Positions 46,635-55,916 of a stretch of 64,000 nt of DNA are shown piece after piece (the first letter of the stretch is position 1; each line of letters opens with the position of its first letter). This DNA is from Candidatus Woesearchaeota archaeon. GTDB taxonomy: Archaea; Nanobdellota; Nanobdellia; Pacearchaeales; GW2011-AR1. The translations under genes and the position numbers were made by a program. The notes under the pieces were generated by a model. It was not told the origin of the DNA and searched no databases. It was given only the letters and a program-made list of their open reading frames with translations. The stretch is taken from contig CAYUZV010000004.1 in the NCBI GenBank assembly GCA_964448605.1, positions 645-64,644 of the forward strand. Direction: 5' to 3'.

Positions 46635-46961
46635 CTACTTCTCTCCCACCATCAATCTACTCACTCTAATACCTTTCTTAGACTGATGCTTTTTTTTACA
46701 TTCATTACAAGTATAAACTAAAACTTTTTTAGTAGTAGCTTTTGTTTTTCTCTTCCAGGATTTAACAGCTGGCTTACTGTATCTGCCATGGCTTCCTTTT
46801 CCACCAGCACCTGAACCCCTTAACTTAGCTCTATCCTTAGAACCTCTTCTAAGTGTAGCCCTCTTAGTTCCAGTGCTAAGCAAATCAATTTTATTCTCTG
46901 TCCTTTTCTTGCAAAACGGACAATATCTATTAATTTTCTTTGGAATTTTCATAATCATCAC
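46635..46961 (-). CDS. rpl44e: 50S ribosomal protein L44e (eL42)
   Basis: MKIPKKINRYCPFCKKRTENK...GRYSKP...YTCNECKKKH. Probable start at Met4 (46952). Confidence 0.85.
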   Translation of the reverse strand: MMIMKIPKKINRYCPFCKKRTENKIDLLSTGTKRATLRRGSKDRAKLRGSGAGGKGSHGRYSKPAVKSWKRKTKATTKKVLVYTCNECKKKHQSKKGIRVSRLMVGEK

Positions 46962-47026
46962 CCAACAACAACCTTTATAAACTTTTCTCTCATTATGGTG
47001 TCGCAGTTAAATCTCTCGCAATCAAA

Positions 47027-47308
47027 ATGAGAATAAAATTTCAAAAAAACAAACAAAAAGAATTTCTAAATAAAGTAATTCAAAAACTATCAGCACCTTC
47101 TTTAAGATCAATATTAAATTATGGAATAAACACAAATTATCAAAATCTAAAAAATTACTATACAGAAAGACGAACAATTCCCCTAAATCTCCTAAATGAA
47201 CTCCTTCACCTATCAAAAATTCCAAAATCCCATATAAAAGTAAAATATTTAAAACCTAATTGGGGACAAATTAAAGGAGGAAAAACAAAAAAATTAAAGG
47301 TCGTATAG
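47027..47308 (+). CDS. hypothetical basic protein (93 aa)
   Basis: ATG ORF whose last 10 nt overlap tRNA-Val. No motif recognised. Confidence 0.3.
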   Translation: MRIKFQKNKQKEFLNKVIQKLSAPSLRSILNYGINTNYQNLKNYYTERRTIPLNLLNELLHLSKIPKSHIKVKYLKPNWGQIKGGKTKKLKVV

Positions 47309-47369
47309 TTTAGTGGCAAAACATATCCTTGACATGGATAAGTCCCAGATTCGATTTCTGGTACGACCA
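47299..47369 (+). tRNA. tRNA-Val (anticodon GAC)
   Basis: GGTCGTA TA GTTT AGTGGCA AAAC A TATCC TTGACAT GGATA AGTC CCAGA TTCGATT TCTGG TACGACC A. Confidence 0.9.
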
Positions 47370-47520
47370 TAAGTTCGATTATCCGAAGATTCGTAAGAAT
47401 CGAGGAAACTGAAATCTTCGATTTCAGAAGAACTAAGAAGACAGAAATTTTAATTTCTGTATTCCCACGACCATGCACAACAACCCAAACATTTAAATAC
47501 GAATTTTCCTCAAAAAAATC

Positions 47521-47886
47521 ATGAAAGGACGAAAAATAACTGGAGGAAAGTATCATAAACTTAGAAAAAAGAAAAAACACTCTCTTCCTAAAGAAGAAAG
47601 AAAAATCAGGGTTGGAGAAACAAGAAAAAAAACAATTCGAACAAGAGGAGGAGCTAACAAAAAAGTTCTCCTAAGAGAAGAATTCATAAATGCAATAGAC
47701 CCTAAAACAAAAAAATCAAAAAAAGTAAAAATAAAAAATGTTTTAGAAACTCCTGCAGACAGATTCTTAGCCCGACAAAATGTTCTAATAAAAGGTGCAA
47801 AAATAGAAACAGAAATAGGAAATGTTCAAATAACAAATCGCCCTTCAAAAGAAGGAACCATTCAGGGAATTTTACTAAAAGAATAA
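47521..47886 (+). CDS. rps8e: 30S ribosomal protein S8e
   Basis: GRKITGGKYHKLRKKKK...TIRTRGGANKKVLLR...NVLIKGAKIET...VQITNRPSKEGTIQGILL. Confidence 0.9.
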   Translation: MKGRKITGGKYHKLRKKKKHSLPKEERKIRVGETRKKTIRTRGGANKKVLLREEFINAIDPKTKKSKKVKIKNVLETPADRFLARQNVLIKGAKIETEIGNVQITNRPSKEGTIQGILLKE

Positions 47887-47916
47887 TCTTATTCAAATCA
47901 AAAAATTTAAAAATAC

Positions 47917-48666
47917 TTGAGAATTAAAACATATACTTTTAAAATGCCAAAAAAAGAATCTGATAAAAAACAAATAAAATTTCTAAAAAAAATTGTAGAA
48001 GAACTGGTTGGAAAACAAGCAGTTCCAATAATAGACCTTCTTGCAGGAAAAAAAGACATAAACGAATTCACAATAGCAAACAAATTAAAACTAACAATAA
48101 ACCAAACCAGAAACATTTTATACAGATTATCAGACTACGGACTCGTATCATTCATAAGAAAAAAAGACAAAAGAAAAGGGTGGTATATCTATTTCTGGAC
48201 ACTTGATACTCACAAATCACTTTTTTTATTAGAAGAAATCCTAAAAAAAGAACTTGAAAATCTTGAAAATGAACTAAAAAGCAGAAAAGAAAAAAGATAC
48301 TATTTTTGCGATACTTGTTCAATAGAAGTAACAGAAGAAACAGCCCTATTAAATGATTTCACCTGTTCTGAATGCGAAGAAATTTATAAACTTGCAGACA
48401 ATCAGGAAAAAGTTCAAGAGCTTGAAAAAAGAATTAACAAAACAAAAAAAGAAATGGAAAAAGTTTTAGAAGAAAAAGATAAAGAAGGTGAAAAAATAGA
48501 AAAGAAAAAAACAAGAAAAATTAAAAGAGCAGAAAAAGAAAAAAAGAAAGCAAGAGAGAAAAAGAGAGCATCCACTAAAAAAACAACAAAGAAAAAAACT
48601 TTGACAAAAAAACAAGTTAAGAAAAAAACTTCATCCAAGAAAAAACCCTCCAAAAAGAAAAAATAA
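47917..48666 (+). CDS. tfe: transcription factor E (TFE alpha-like: winged helix plus Zn ribbon) with Lys-rich C-terminal tail
   Basis: INEFTIANKLKLTINQTRNILYRLSDYGLVSFIRKKDKRKGWYIYFW, and CDTC...CSEC. Possible start at Met10 (47944). Confidence 0.75.
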   Translation: MRIKTYTFKMPKKESDKKQIKFLKKIVEELVGKQAVPIIDLLAGKKDINEFTIANKLKLTINQTRNILYRLSDYGLVSFIRKKDKRKGWYIYFWTLDTHKSLFLLEEILKKELENLENELKSRKEKRYYFCDTCSIEVTEETALLNDFTCSECEEIYKLADNQEKVQELEKRINKTKKEMEKVLEEKDKEGEKIEKKKTRKIKRAEKEKKKAREKKRASTKKTTKKKTLTKKQVKKKTSSKKKPSKKKK

Positions 48667-48667
48667 A

Positions 48668-49423
48668 ATGGACAAATGGTTTAATGAAAAATTTGAAAAA
48701 AATAATATTAGAAACTATACTAAACAACACATAGATGACTCTCTACTTGAAGTTCTTTCAAAAAAAACTCGCAAATATTCAATAACAACATGGCTGATAA
48801 TTCTAAACATAGCAGTATTTATACTAACTTCAATGCTCCTAATTTTTTTCCAATCTGAAAAAGTTTATCAATATCTCGCAATTCAACCAAATGCTTTTTT
48901 TTCAGGAATTGTTTGGACACTAATAACATCCATGTTCATGCATGCAAACTTAACCCATTTATTTGTAAACATGGTTTCACTTTTTTTTATAGGAAACTTT
49001 ATTGAAAAATTAATTGGAAGAAAAAGATTTTTATGGCTTTATCTTGTATCAGGAATAATCGCAGGACTATTCTTTGTTTTCCTCGCTTATTATTTTGGAA
49101 CAACAGAACTTGGTGCAAAAATCTTCGGTTCACCTGAAATATTTGCAGTAGGTGCATCAGGAGCAATTTTCGCACTCGGCGGACTAATGGCAATTCTCAC
49201 GCCAAGATTAAAAGTTTATGTTTTTTTTATAATTCCAATGCAAATGTGGATAGCAATGATTTTTCTCTTAGTTGTTCTATGGAGTGCATCAATCACAGCA
49301 GGACTTCCATTCGGAAACACAGCCCACCTCGGAGGACTTCTAGTCGGAGTAACCTATGCACTCTATCTTAAAAAAAGATACAAAAGAAAAACCCAACTAA
49401 TCCAAAAATATTTTAATTATTAA
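48668..49423 (+). CDS. rhomboid-family intramembrane serine protease
   Basis: HANLTHLFVNM, GASGAIFALGG (GxSG), and HLGGLLVG. Confidence 0.85.
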   Translation: MDKWFNEKFEKNNIRNYTKQHIDDSLLEVLSKKTRKYSITTWLIILNIAVFILTSMLLIFFQSEKVYQYLAIQPNAFFSGIVWTLITSMFMHANLTHLFVNMVSLFFIGNFIEKLIGRKRFLWLYLVSGIIAGLFFVFLAYYFGTTELGAKIFGSPEIFAVGASGAIFALGGLMAILTPRLKVYVFFIIPMQMWIAMIFLLVVLWSASITAGLPFGNTAHLGGLLVGVTYALYLKKRYKRKTQLIQKYFNY

Positions 49424-49774
49424 ATAATAATCAAAATCCTTTCTTTATGAATAAAGAAGAAATATCAACTTTCTCAAGTGTCATAATTGCTTTCTCAACT
49501 TTTATGGGAGTAGGTTCAGCAATTGCATATTATCTAAAAAAAGTCATTGAAAAAATTTATAATTTTAATAAAAACAATATACCATATCTACTATAATCAT
49601 TTTAATATTAATAAAAAGAAATTTAAACTAAATCCTCTCAATTATATAATGAAAAAAATACATCGTAAAGGATTACCTCCTCTGAATACTTGTAGGAATA
49701 ATGTATCTAATCTTTATTTATTTAATCTTCAGACTCTAAATCAAATTTAAAAACCCTTCTTACCTAAATAAAAA

Positions 49775-50365
49775 ATGAAACAAAAAAACACCCTCTACAA
49801 CCATTTCCAAAACAGCATAAACCAAATTAAAAATCTAAAAAACTATTTAATATTCTCAACATCCCTTTTCATATTTATATCTCTTTTTGGAATCCTATTT
49901 CCAGTTTTCTTTCAAGAAGAAATAATAAAAATAATTCAGGAAATAGTAAAACAAACACAAGGATTAGGACCTTTAGAACTAATTGCATTCATAATGTTCA
50001 ACAATATGAAAAGTGCATTTTTTTCAATAATTTTAGGAATCTTCTTTGCAATAATGCCTATTACAATAACAATTGTCAATGCCTATGTTTTAGGATTTGT
50101 AATTAACAAAACAATCCTAACAGAAGGTCCTTTCATAATCTGGAAACTCCTGCCCCACGGAATATTTGAAATACCTGCAATTTTAATCAGTGTATCTTTA
50201 GGAATCCACCTCGGACTTTTTTTATTTACAAACAAAGAAAAAAATAAACTAAACACTTTCATAAAAACACTAAAACAATCCCTAATAACTTTCCTCCTAA
50301 TAATAATTCCACTTTTAGTAATCGCAGGAATCATTGAAGGAGGATTAATTTGGTTATTGAGTTAA
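49775..50365 (+). CDS. SpoIIM/DUF95-family membrane protein
   Basis: LLPHGIFEIPAILISVSLG motif and 5-6 TM helices. Confidence 0.7.
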   Translation: MKQKNTLYNHFQNSINQIKNLKNYLIFSTSLFIFISLFGILFPVFFQEEIIKIIQEIVKQTQGLGPLELIAFIMFNNMKSAFFSIILGIFFAIMPITITIVNAYVLGFVINKTILTEGPFIIWKLLPHGIFEIPAILISVSLGIHLGLFLFTNKEKNKLNTFIKTLKQSLITFLLIIIPLLVIAGIIEGGLIWLLS

Positions 50366-50512
50366 ATATTTTCTAATATCTAAAAATTTTTAAACTATGA
50401 AAAAAATTTATTAAAATGACATTAGAAGAAAAAACAGAAAAAAGAATAGTAGGAGATAGAAAAATTAGTAACAATTGTTACAACACCTCTAACTAAGGAA
50501 GAAGCAAGAGAG

Positions 50513-50728
50513 ATGTTTCCATACAGACCTCATAGCAAATATTCTGAATCAAGATTTGGCGGAAATGAGCTTACAGATGATATTGCACTTCTATTAAACG
50601 AAAATGCTACAAGATGCGAAATGTGCACTGCTCCCCCAAGAAACGAATATCTTATTCAAAAAGTCTGTCCTGATTGCGATGGTCGTTCTGAATACAATGG
50701 AACAAGTCCTCGAAACCCTAAAGAGTAA
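50513..50728 (+). CDS. small putative zinc-binding protein (71 aa)
   Basis: CEMC...CPDC pairs. End-to-end convergent with the Nre gene. Confidence 0.35.
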   Translation: MFPYRPHSKYSESRFGGNELTDDIALLLNENATRCEMCTAPPRNEYLIQKVCPDCDGRSEYNGTSPRNPKE

Positions 50729-51949
50729 CTAAAACCACTCTCCCAACTTTTTCTGCTTACCATATTCCCTTAACAAAGAAGAACTGCTCCTAAACACATT
50801 CCCCTTCAATTGCAACCTCTTATCAATTCTAACAAATGCTTCATCAATGGAACCAAACCTCTCAGGAACCGACTTAAAAGCATCTCTGCAACACTCTCTT
50901 AAAATCCCAACACCCAAGGGTGCATAATACTCTGAACCAACCTCTCTAAAAACCAAAACAACCCCTTGCCTTTTAATTCTCTCAAAATACTCACAAACAG
51001 CCAATCTACAAGCATAATAAGCACCAGCAGTCTCCTTAACATAACTCTTACGACCCCTAAAACTTTCTGAATCCTTAAACATCTTAACACTCTCTGTAGA
51101 ATTCCAAAGCCCTGAAGGAAGCTCTGCCTCAATAACTTCAAAACTAAAATTCCCAGGCAAAACCAAAATCTCATAAAAATTACCATTATACTCTGAACCA
51201 AACAACAAAATCTCACTAATCTCCTTATAATATTTTATTCTTTTCAACATCTCTTTAGAAATAGTATCATCAACAGCAGTAATTGACCAACGAGTAGGAA
51301 CAAGCCTACGATTTGATTTCAAACCCAACAAACCTGCACTCAAAATCTTATTTATATCACTAATTCTTATTCCTGAACTATACAACTCCTTGATACTATC
51401 AACAGATTTTGCATGACTATCTCCAACCAAATAATCAACCTTTGATTTAATAGGAGTATTCTCCTGTAGCCTAACAAACTCAAGTGGAGCAGGATTCGCA
51501 ATCACAGCATTATAACGATTAAACTCCAAATTTTTTTGAGGAACTTTCTTTAAAAAAAATTCAGTTGAAACAGATTTGTAAGCCATACTAACTTCCTGCA
51601 TTAATTTCAAAAACTTACTATTGCTCTGCCCTCCCTTAATCCCTGTTTTAAATTTCCCATAAACTAAATTCCCTCTGCGAGTTAAAACATCACTAATTCC
51701 AAATTTCCGAGCATACCAAACTTCTGGAAAAGCCATCTCTTCTGTATTTCCAAAAATCTCAGGACTTAAAATACCTGCATTAACATTTGGATAACCATGG
51801 CGACCAACAAAAATCTCAGGAGGACTATCTCCTGAAAAATGCTTCTTCACCTTCAACCCAAAACCCAGTTTAGAATAAACCCTGCAAGGCCCTTTACAAA
51901 AACCTCTTCCCCGACATTTCGCACAAAGCGAAGAATCAAAAAACTGCAT
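50729..51949 (-). CDS. nreA: archaeal Nre-family (NreA-like) DNA-repair-associated protein
   Basis: N-terminal CAKCRGRGFCKGPC Cys cluster and a length typical of the Nre family (from memory). Confidence 0.6.
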   Translation of the reverse strand: MQFFDSSLCAKCRGRGFCKGPCRVYSKLGFGLKVKKHFSGDSPPEIFVGRHGYPNVNAGILSPEIFGNTEEMAFPEVWYARKFGISDVLTRRGNLVYGKFKTGIKGGQSNSKFLKLMQEVSMAYKSVSTEFFLKKVPQKNLEFNRYNAVIANPAPLEFVRLQENTPIKSKVDYLVGDSHAKSVDSIKELYSSGIRISDINKILSAGLLGLKSNRRLVPTRWSITAVDDTISKEMLKRIKYYKEISEILLFGSEYNGNFYEILVLPGNFSFEVIEAELPSGLWNSTESVKMFKDSESFRGRKSYVKETAGAYYACRLAVCEYFERIKRQGVVLVFREVGSEYYAPLGVGILRECCRDAFKSVPERFGSIDEAFVRIDKRLQLKGNVFRSSSSLLREYGKQKKLGEWF

Positions 51950-52103
51950 AAAACCTCCTAAAACAAAAAAATAAAGAACTATATATTAATTATTATAATA
52001 AAGATATTTTAAAGCATAATTTTAAATATAAAAAGATTAAATTGTTCAGGCACTATTATCTATTACCTAATTCTTAAATAACTAAATCATGCTCTTTTAA
52101 AAA

Positions 52104-52343
52104 TTATACCTGAACAAACAATAACAACCACATAGTGCCATTAAAAAAAGAAACAAAAGAAGATAAATAAAGATTAAGTGTAAAAAAAGAGATTGTTAAT
52201 GCATAAAGTCCAAGAGCAGTCAAACTAGAGGCTTGCAAAGTCAAAAAACCCTTTTTCTCCTTAAATCCCTTATAAACCTGATAAACTAAAGAACATCCAA
52301 AAAGAACATTTGCTATTGCAATAACTATATCTTACCAAACCAT
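52104..52343 (-). pseudogene. 3-TM small membrane protein (PQ-loop/SemiSWEET-like?) with in-frame TAA at codon 4, or a non-ATG start
   Basis: Hand translation: MVW*DIVIAIANVLFGCSLVYQVYKGFKEKKGFLTLQASSLTALGLYALTISFFTLNLYLSSFVSFFNGTMWLLLFVQV. Confidence 0.3.
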
Positions 52344-52393
52344 TTCCAAATATAAACTAAAAACTATTTAAAAATCTTTATAAAAATAAAAAT

Positions 52394-52603
52394 TCACTCT
52401 CTTAAATCACTTATACCAAGCATTAGGAATAACAGCCCTATCATCATCACAAACCAGAAAATTCCACCCTTTAAAAAAACCCAAGCAGAATTCCAGATAT
52501 TAACAGACACTCCAAAAAGAGTCCAATTTTGCGAATAATAAGCTGCAACTATTACACCTATGACCAATACAAGCCCTAACAAAATCTCTGCCCATTTATT
52601 CAT
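52394..52603 (-). CDS. small membrane protein (69 aa, 2 TM)
   Basis: Two hydrophobic helices flanking a Trp-rich loop. Confidence 0.45.
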   Translation of the reverse strand: MNKWAEILLGLVLVIGVIVAAYYSQNWTLFGVSVNIWNSAWVFLKGGIFWFVMMIGLLFLMLGISDLRE

Positions 52604-52695
52604 TGTAAAATTACAATAAAATTTTCATTTATAAATATTTGTATAGTCACTTGAATATTCCAGAAGATTTAAATATAATCAAACACTAATAAAAA

Positions 52696-53467
52696 ATGAA
52701 AAAAAGAGAGAAAAATAAAAACCCAAAACCAAATACATGCAATCCACTCACAATATCTCTTGCAATCATATTACTTATAGTCCTTATCTTTTCACTAATG
52801 TCTATATTTAAAATACAATTAAGCCCAGATTCAGGATATGGTTCTTGCACAACTAATACAGATTGTTCAAAATGTTACAAATGTGAAAATAATGCCTGTG
52901 TTATGAAAGAAAGTGGAACATCATGTTTTCTAACTACTCTAATCCAAGGAGTTTGTTTAGATGGAAGTTGTGTTGCATGTATTGAAGATGACGATTGTTA
53001 TTTAGGAAGTCATAATCATTGTATTTAATTATTGTGTAGAATGTGATGGAGACCCTGATTGTTCAGAACCTGCTCCTTATTGCGACCCTACTTTATTCAA
53101 ATGTGTTGAATGTCAAATAGATGCTGATTGCATAGATGAAGAAATTTCTGACCCTTATGCTTCACCATCCACCTCTTACTGCATTAATGGTTTTTGCACA
53201 GAATGTCAGGAAAATCTTGATTGCCCCTCAGACGAACTCTGTTCAGACACAGGATTTTGTGTAGAATGTATAGATAATACTGATTGTCCAGGGCAATTTT
53301 GTGATGGAGATGCGTGTGTAGATTGCATAACTGATTCACATTGTGGAATCACTGAAATTTGTTCAGATGGAGTTTGCGAAGAAGTTGTTACAGGAGGATG
53401 TGAAGATAACTCAGACTGCCTCACTACTGAAGAATGCATTGACGGAATCTGCTCTCCATTAGTTTAA
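52696..53467 (+). pseudogene. secreted Cys-rich repeat protein (C-x2-C ... D-x-D-C repeats), interrupted by a +1 frameshift near 53006-53028
   Basis: Frame 1 (52696..53028) gives a signal anchor plus repeats. Frame 2 is open 53006..53467 with no ATG and continues the same repeats (NYCVECDGDPDCSEPAPYCD..., CVECQIDADC, CTECQENLDC, CVECIDNTDC, CVDCITDSHC). Confidence 0.6.
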
Positions 53468-53534
53468 CCATAACTTCAATCTACCTTGAACTCTTCAAAT
53501 AATTTAAATAATCTATTTTTTTAATAATTCCAAC

Positions 53535-55883
53535 ATGAAAGACAATAAATTTATTTTAACAAGTTTAAATGACGAAAACTCAAAAAACATAGCAGAAGTC
53601 CTAAAATCAGATAAAACAAAAAAAATTCTTGATTTTTTATCAGATGTAAAAGAAGCATCTGAAAAAGACATTGCAAAAGGACTCAATATACCTATAAACA
53701 CAATAGAATATAATCTAAAAAAATTAATAAAAACAGGACTAATAAAAACATCTAAAAACTTTTTCTGGAGTGTAAAAGGCAAAAAAATACCAATGTATAA
53801 ACTTGCAAAAAAACACATAATAATCTCACCAGATAAAAAACCAAACCTAAAAGCAATAAAAACACTCCTCCCCCTTTTTGCAATTATATCCTTAGCAATT
53901 ATTCTTTCCTTCCTATCGCAAATTCCCTTACAAGAAACAACTTACAACCAAACAGAACTAAAACAATTCACCTCTTATAATGAATTAAAAGAATTCTTAA
54001 AAGAAAATTCAGAAAATCAAAATTATTTTTCAACTCAAACAAGAACTCTTGATGAAACATTTGCAGAAGCATCTACAACAGGAACAGCACCAAAATCAGA
54101 AGCAAAAGATTATTCTACAACAAATATACAAGTTAAAGGAGTAGACGAAGCAGATATTGTAAAAAATGATGGAAAATACATTTATCTTGTATCAGACAAC
54201 AAGGTCTACATAGTAAATGCCTACCCTGCAGAAGAAATGAAAATAATCTCAGAAATAGAATTAGAAAAATATGCTCAAAACATTTACCTCAATAAAGACA
54301 AACTAATAATCTACCAAAACTCTTATAGTCCAATATTAGCACAAGCAGAATGCATTGATTGCATAAACCCCTCAAAACCTTCAACAAAAATAATAATCTA
54401 CAATATAGAAAATAAATCAAATCCTCAACTTGAAAAAAGTTACACAATAGATGGAAATTACCAAAATTCAAGAATGATTGAAAACAAAATATACACAATA
54501 ACAAACAAGTATATAAATACTCAAACACCTGACTTACCTATCTATTACATTCAAAACACAAAAGTAGAAATACCAGCACAAGAAATAAACTACTTCCCAT
54601 ATCCAGACACAAATTATGTATTCACTTTCATTTCTTCAATAGATTTAGAAAACCAAAACCTTGAATCAGAAGTCTATTTAACAGGTTCTTCAAACACAAT
54701 TTATGTTTCCAAAGAAAACATTTACCTGACTTCCCAAAAAAGAATAAACAACCAAGAATACAATCAGGAATTCGCAGAGCAAGTAGCAATGAAGCTTCTT
54801 CCTGAAAAAAAATCAGAAATCCAATCAATTTTAGAATCAAACACAGAACCTTACAAAAAAACAAATCAAATAAACAATCTAATAACAACACATTCAATGT
54901 CCTTAAAAGGAGAAGAAAAATCACAATTTGACAGAGAATTAGTCACATTAACAGAAGAATTTGAAATAAACATTCAAAAGAAAATGCAAAAAACAATAAT
55001 TCATAAAATAAACATAAAAGACAAAATAGAATATCAAACCTTTGGAGAAGTTCCAGGAATAATTCTAAACCAGTTTTCAATGGATGAATTTAATGGAAAT
55101 TTCAGAATTGCAACAACAACAGGAAACTCTTGGAATGGAAACAGTTTAAATCACCTTTATGTTTTAAACCAGAATTTAGAAATAATTGGAAAAATCGAAG
55201 ATATAGCAAAAGGAGAAAAAATCTATTCAGCAAGATTCATAGATGAAAAAGCATATCTTGTAACTTTTAAACAAATAGACCCTTTTTATGTAATTGACTT
55301 ATCAAAACCTGAAAAACCCGAGACATTAGGAGAATTAAAAATTACAGGATACTCTTCTTACCTTCACCCTTACGACAAAAACCATATAATTGGAATTGGA
55401 ATAGAAGCAAATGAACAAGGAAGAACACAAGGACTAAAAATAGCACTATTTGATGTAACAGATGTTGAAAATCCAACACTAAAATCTAAATTCCAGATAA
55501 ATGAAAAATGGAGTTATTCAGAAGCACTCTACAATCACAAAGCTTTTTTATTTGACAAGAAAAAAGAAATCTTAGTCATTCCTCTTTCTTACACAGAAAA
55601 AACAAATGAATCTTACAATCAATGGAACGGAGCATATGTATTCAACATAAATCAACAAGAAATATCCTTAAAAGGAAAAATCCTCCATAAATCAGAAAAC
55701 TCATGGAAAAACCAAATAAGAAGAAGTTTATACATGGACAACACAATTTACACAATATCTCAGGCATTATTAAAAGCAAACAATCTCAACACACTAACAG
55801 AAATAAAATCAATAAAATTCCCTTATGAAAAACCAGAGAAATCAATTAATTATAGAGAAGTAGAAACAACCTCAAAAAAATAA
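53535..55883 (+). CDS. ArsR-type HTH, TM helix and extracytoplasmic beta-propeller (Beta_propel family) protein
   Basis: HTH: ILDFLSDVKEASEKDIAKGLNIPINTIEYNLKKLIKTGLI. TM at about aa 105-125. YSTTNIQVKGVDEADIVKNDGKYIY and SARFIDEKAYLVTFKQIDPFYVIDLSKPEKPETLGELKITGYSSYLHP. Confidence 0.8.
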   Translation: MKDNKFILTSLNDENSKNIAEVLKSDKTKKILDFLSDVKEASEKDIAKGLNIPINTIEYNLKKLIKTGLIKTSKNFFWSVKGKKIPMYKLAKKHIIISPDKKPNLKAIKTLLPLFAIISLAIILSFLSQIPLQETTYNQTELKQFTSYNELKEFLKENSENQNYFSTQTRTLDETFAEASTTGTAPKSEAKDYSTTNIQVKGVDEADIVKNDGKYIYLVSDNKVYIVNAYPAEEMKIISEIELEKYAQNIYLNKDKLIIYQNSYSPILAQAECIDCINPSKPSTKIIIYNIENKSNPQLEKSYTIDGNYQNSRMIENKIYTITNKYINTQTPDLPIYYIQNTKVEIPAQEINYFPYPDTNYVFTFISSIDLENQNLESEVYLTGSSNTIYVSKENIYLTSQKRINNQEYNQEFAEQVAMKLLPEKKSEIQSILESNTEPYKKTNQINNLITTHSMSLKGEEKSQFDRELVTLTEEFEINIQKKMQKTIIHKINIKDKIEYQTFGEVPGIILNQFSMDEFNGNFRIATTTGNSWNGNSLNHLYVLNQNLEIIGKIEDIAKGEKIYSARFIDEKAYLVTFKQIDPFYVIDLSKPEKPETLGELKITGYSSYLHPYDKNHIIGIGIEANEQGRTQGLKIALFDVTDVENPTLKSKFQINEKWSYSEALYNHKAFLFDKKKEILVIPLSYTEKTNESYNQWNGAYVFNINQQEISLKGKILHKSENSWKNQIRRSLYMDNTIYTISQALLKANNLNTLTEIKSIKFPYEKPEKSINYREVETTSKK

Positions 55884-55916
55884 TTAATTATAAAAACCCT
55901 TTCTAATTTTTATTAA

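Noticed and set aside
47370-47475. Split-tRNA 3' half or C/D-box sRNA downstream of tRNA-Val
   Set aside because: The last hairpin has an 8-bp stem and 4-nt loop (or a 5-bp stem with an 8-nt loop lacking TTC), so it is not a T-arm. No RUGAUGA/CUGA box pair occurs on either strand.
47206-47580. Minus-strand 124-aa ORF spanning tRNA-Val and the rps8e start
   Set aside because: It runs antisense through a well-folded tRNA and a hairpin-rich spacer, and its composition is implausible.
53206-53439. Minus-strand 77-aa ORF
   Set aside because: The plus strand here encodes a regular Cys-rich repeat continuing the gene at 52696. The minus-strand product is S/Q/P-rich with no start context.
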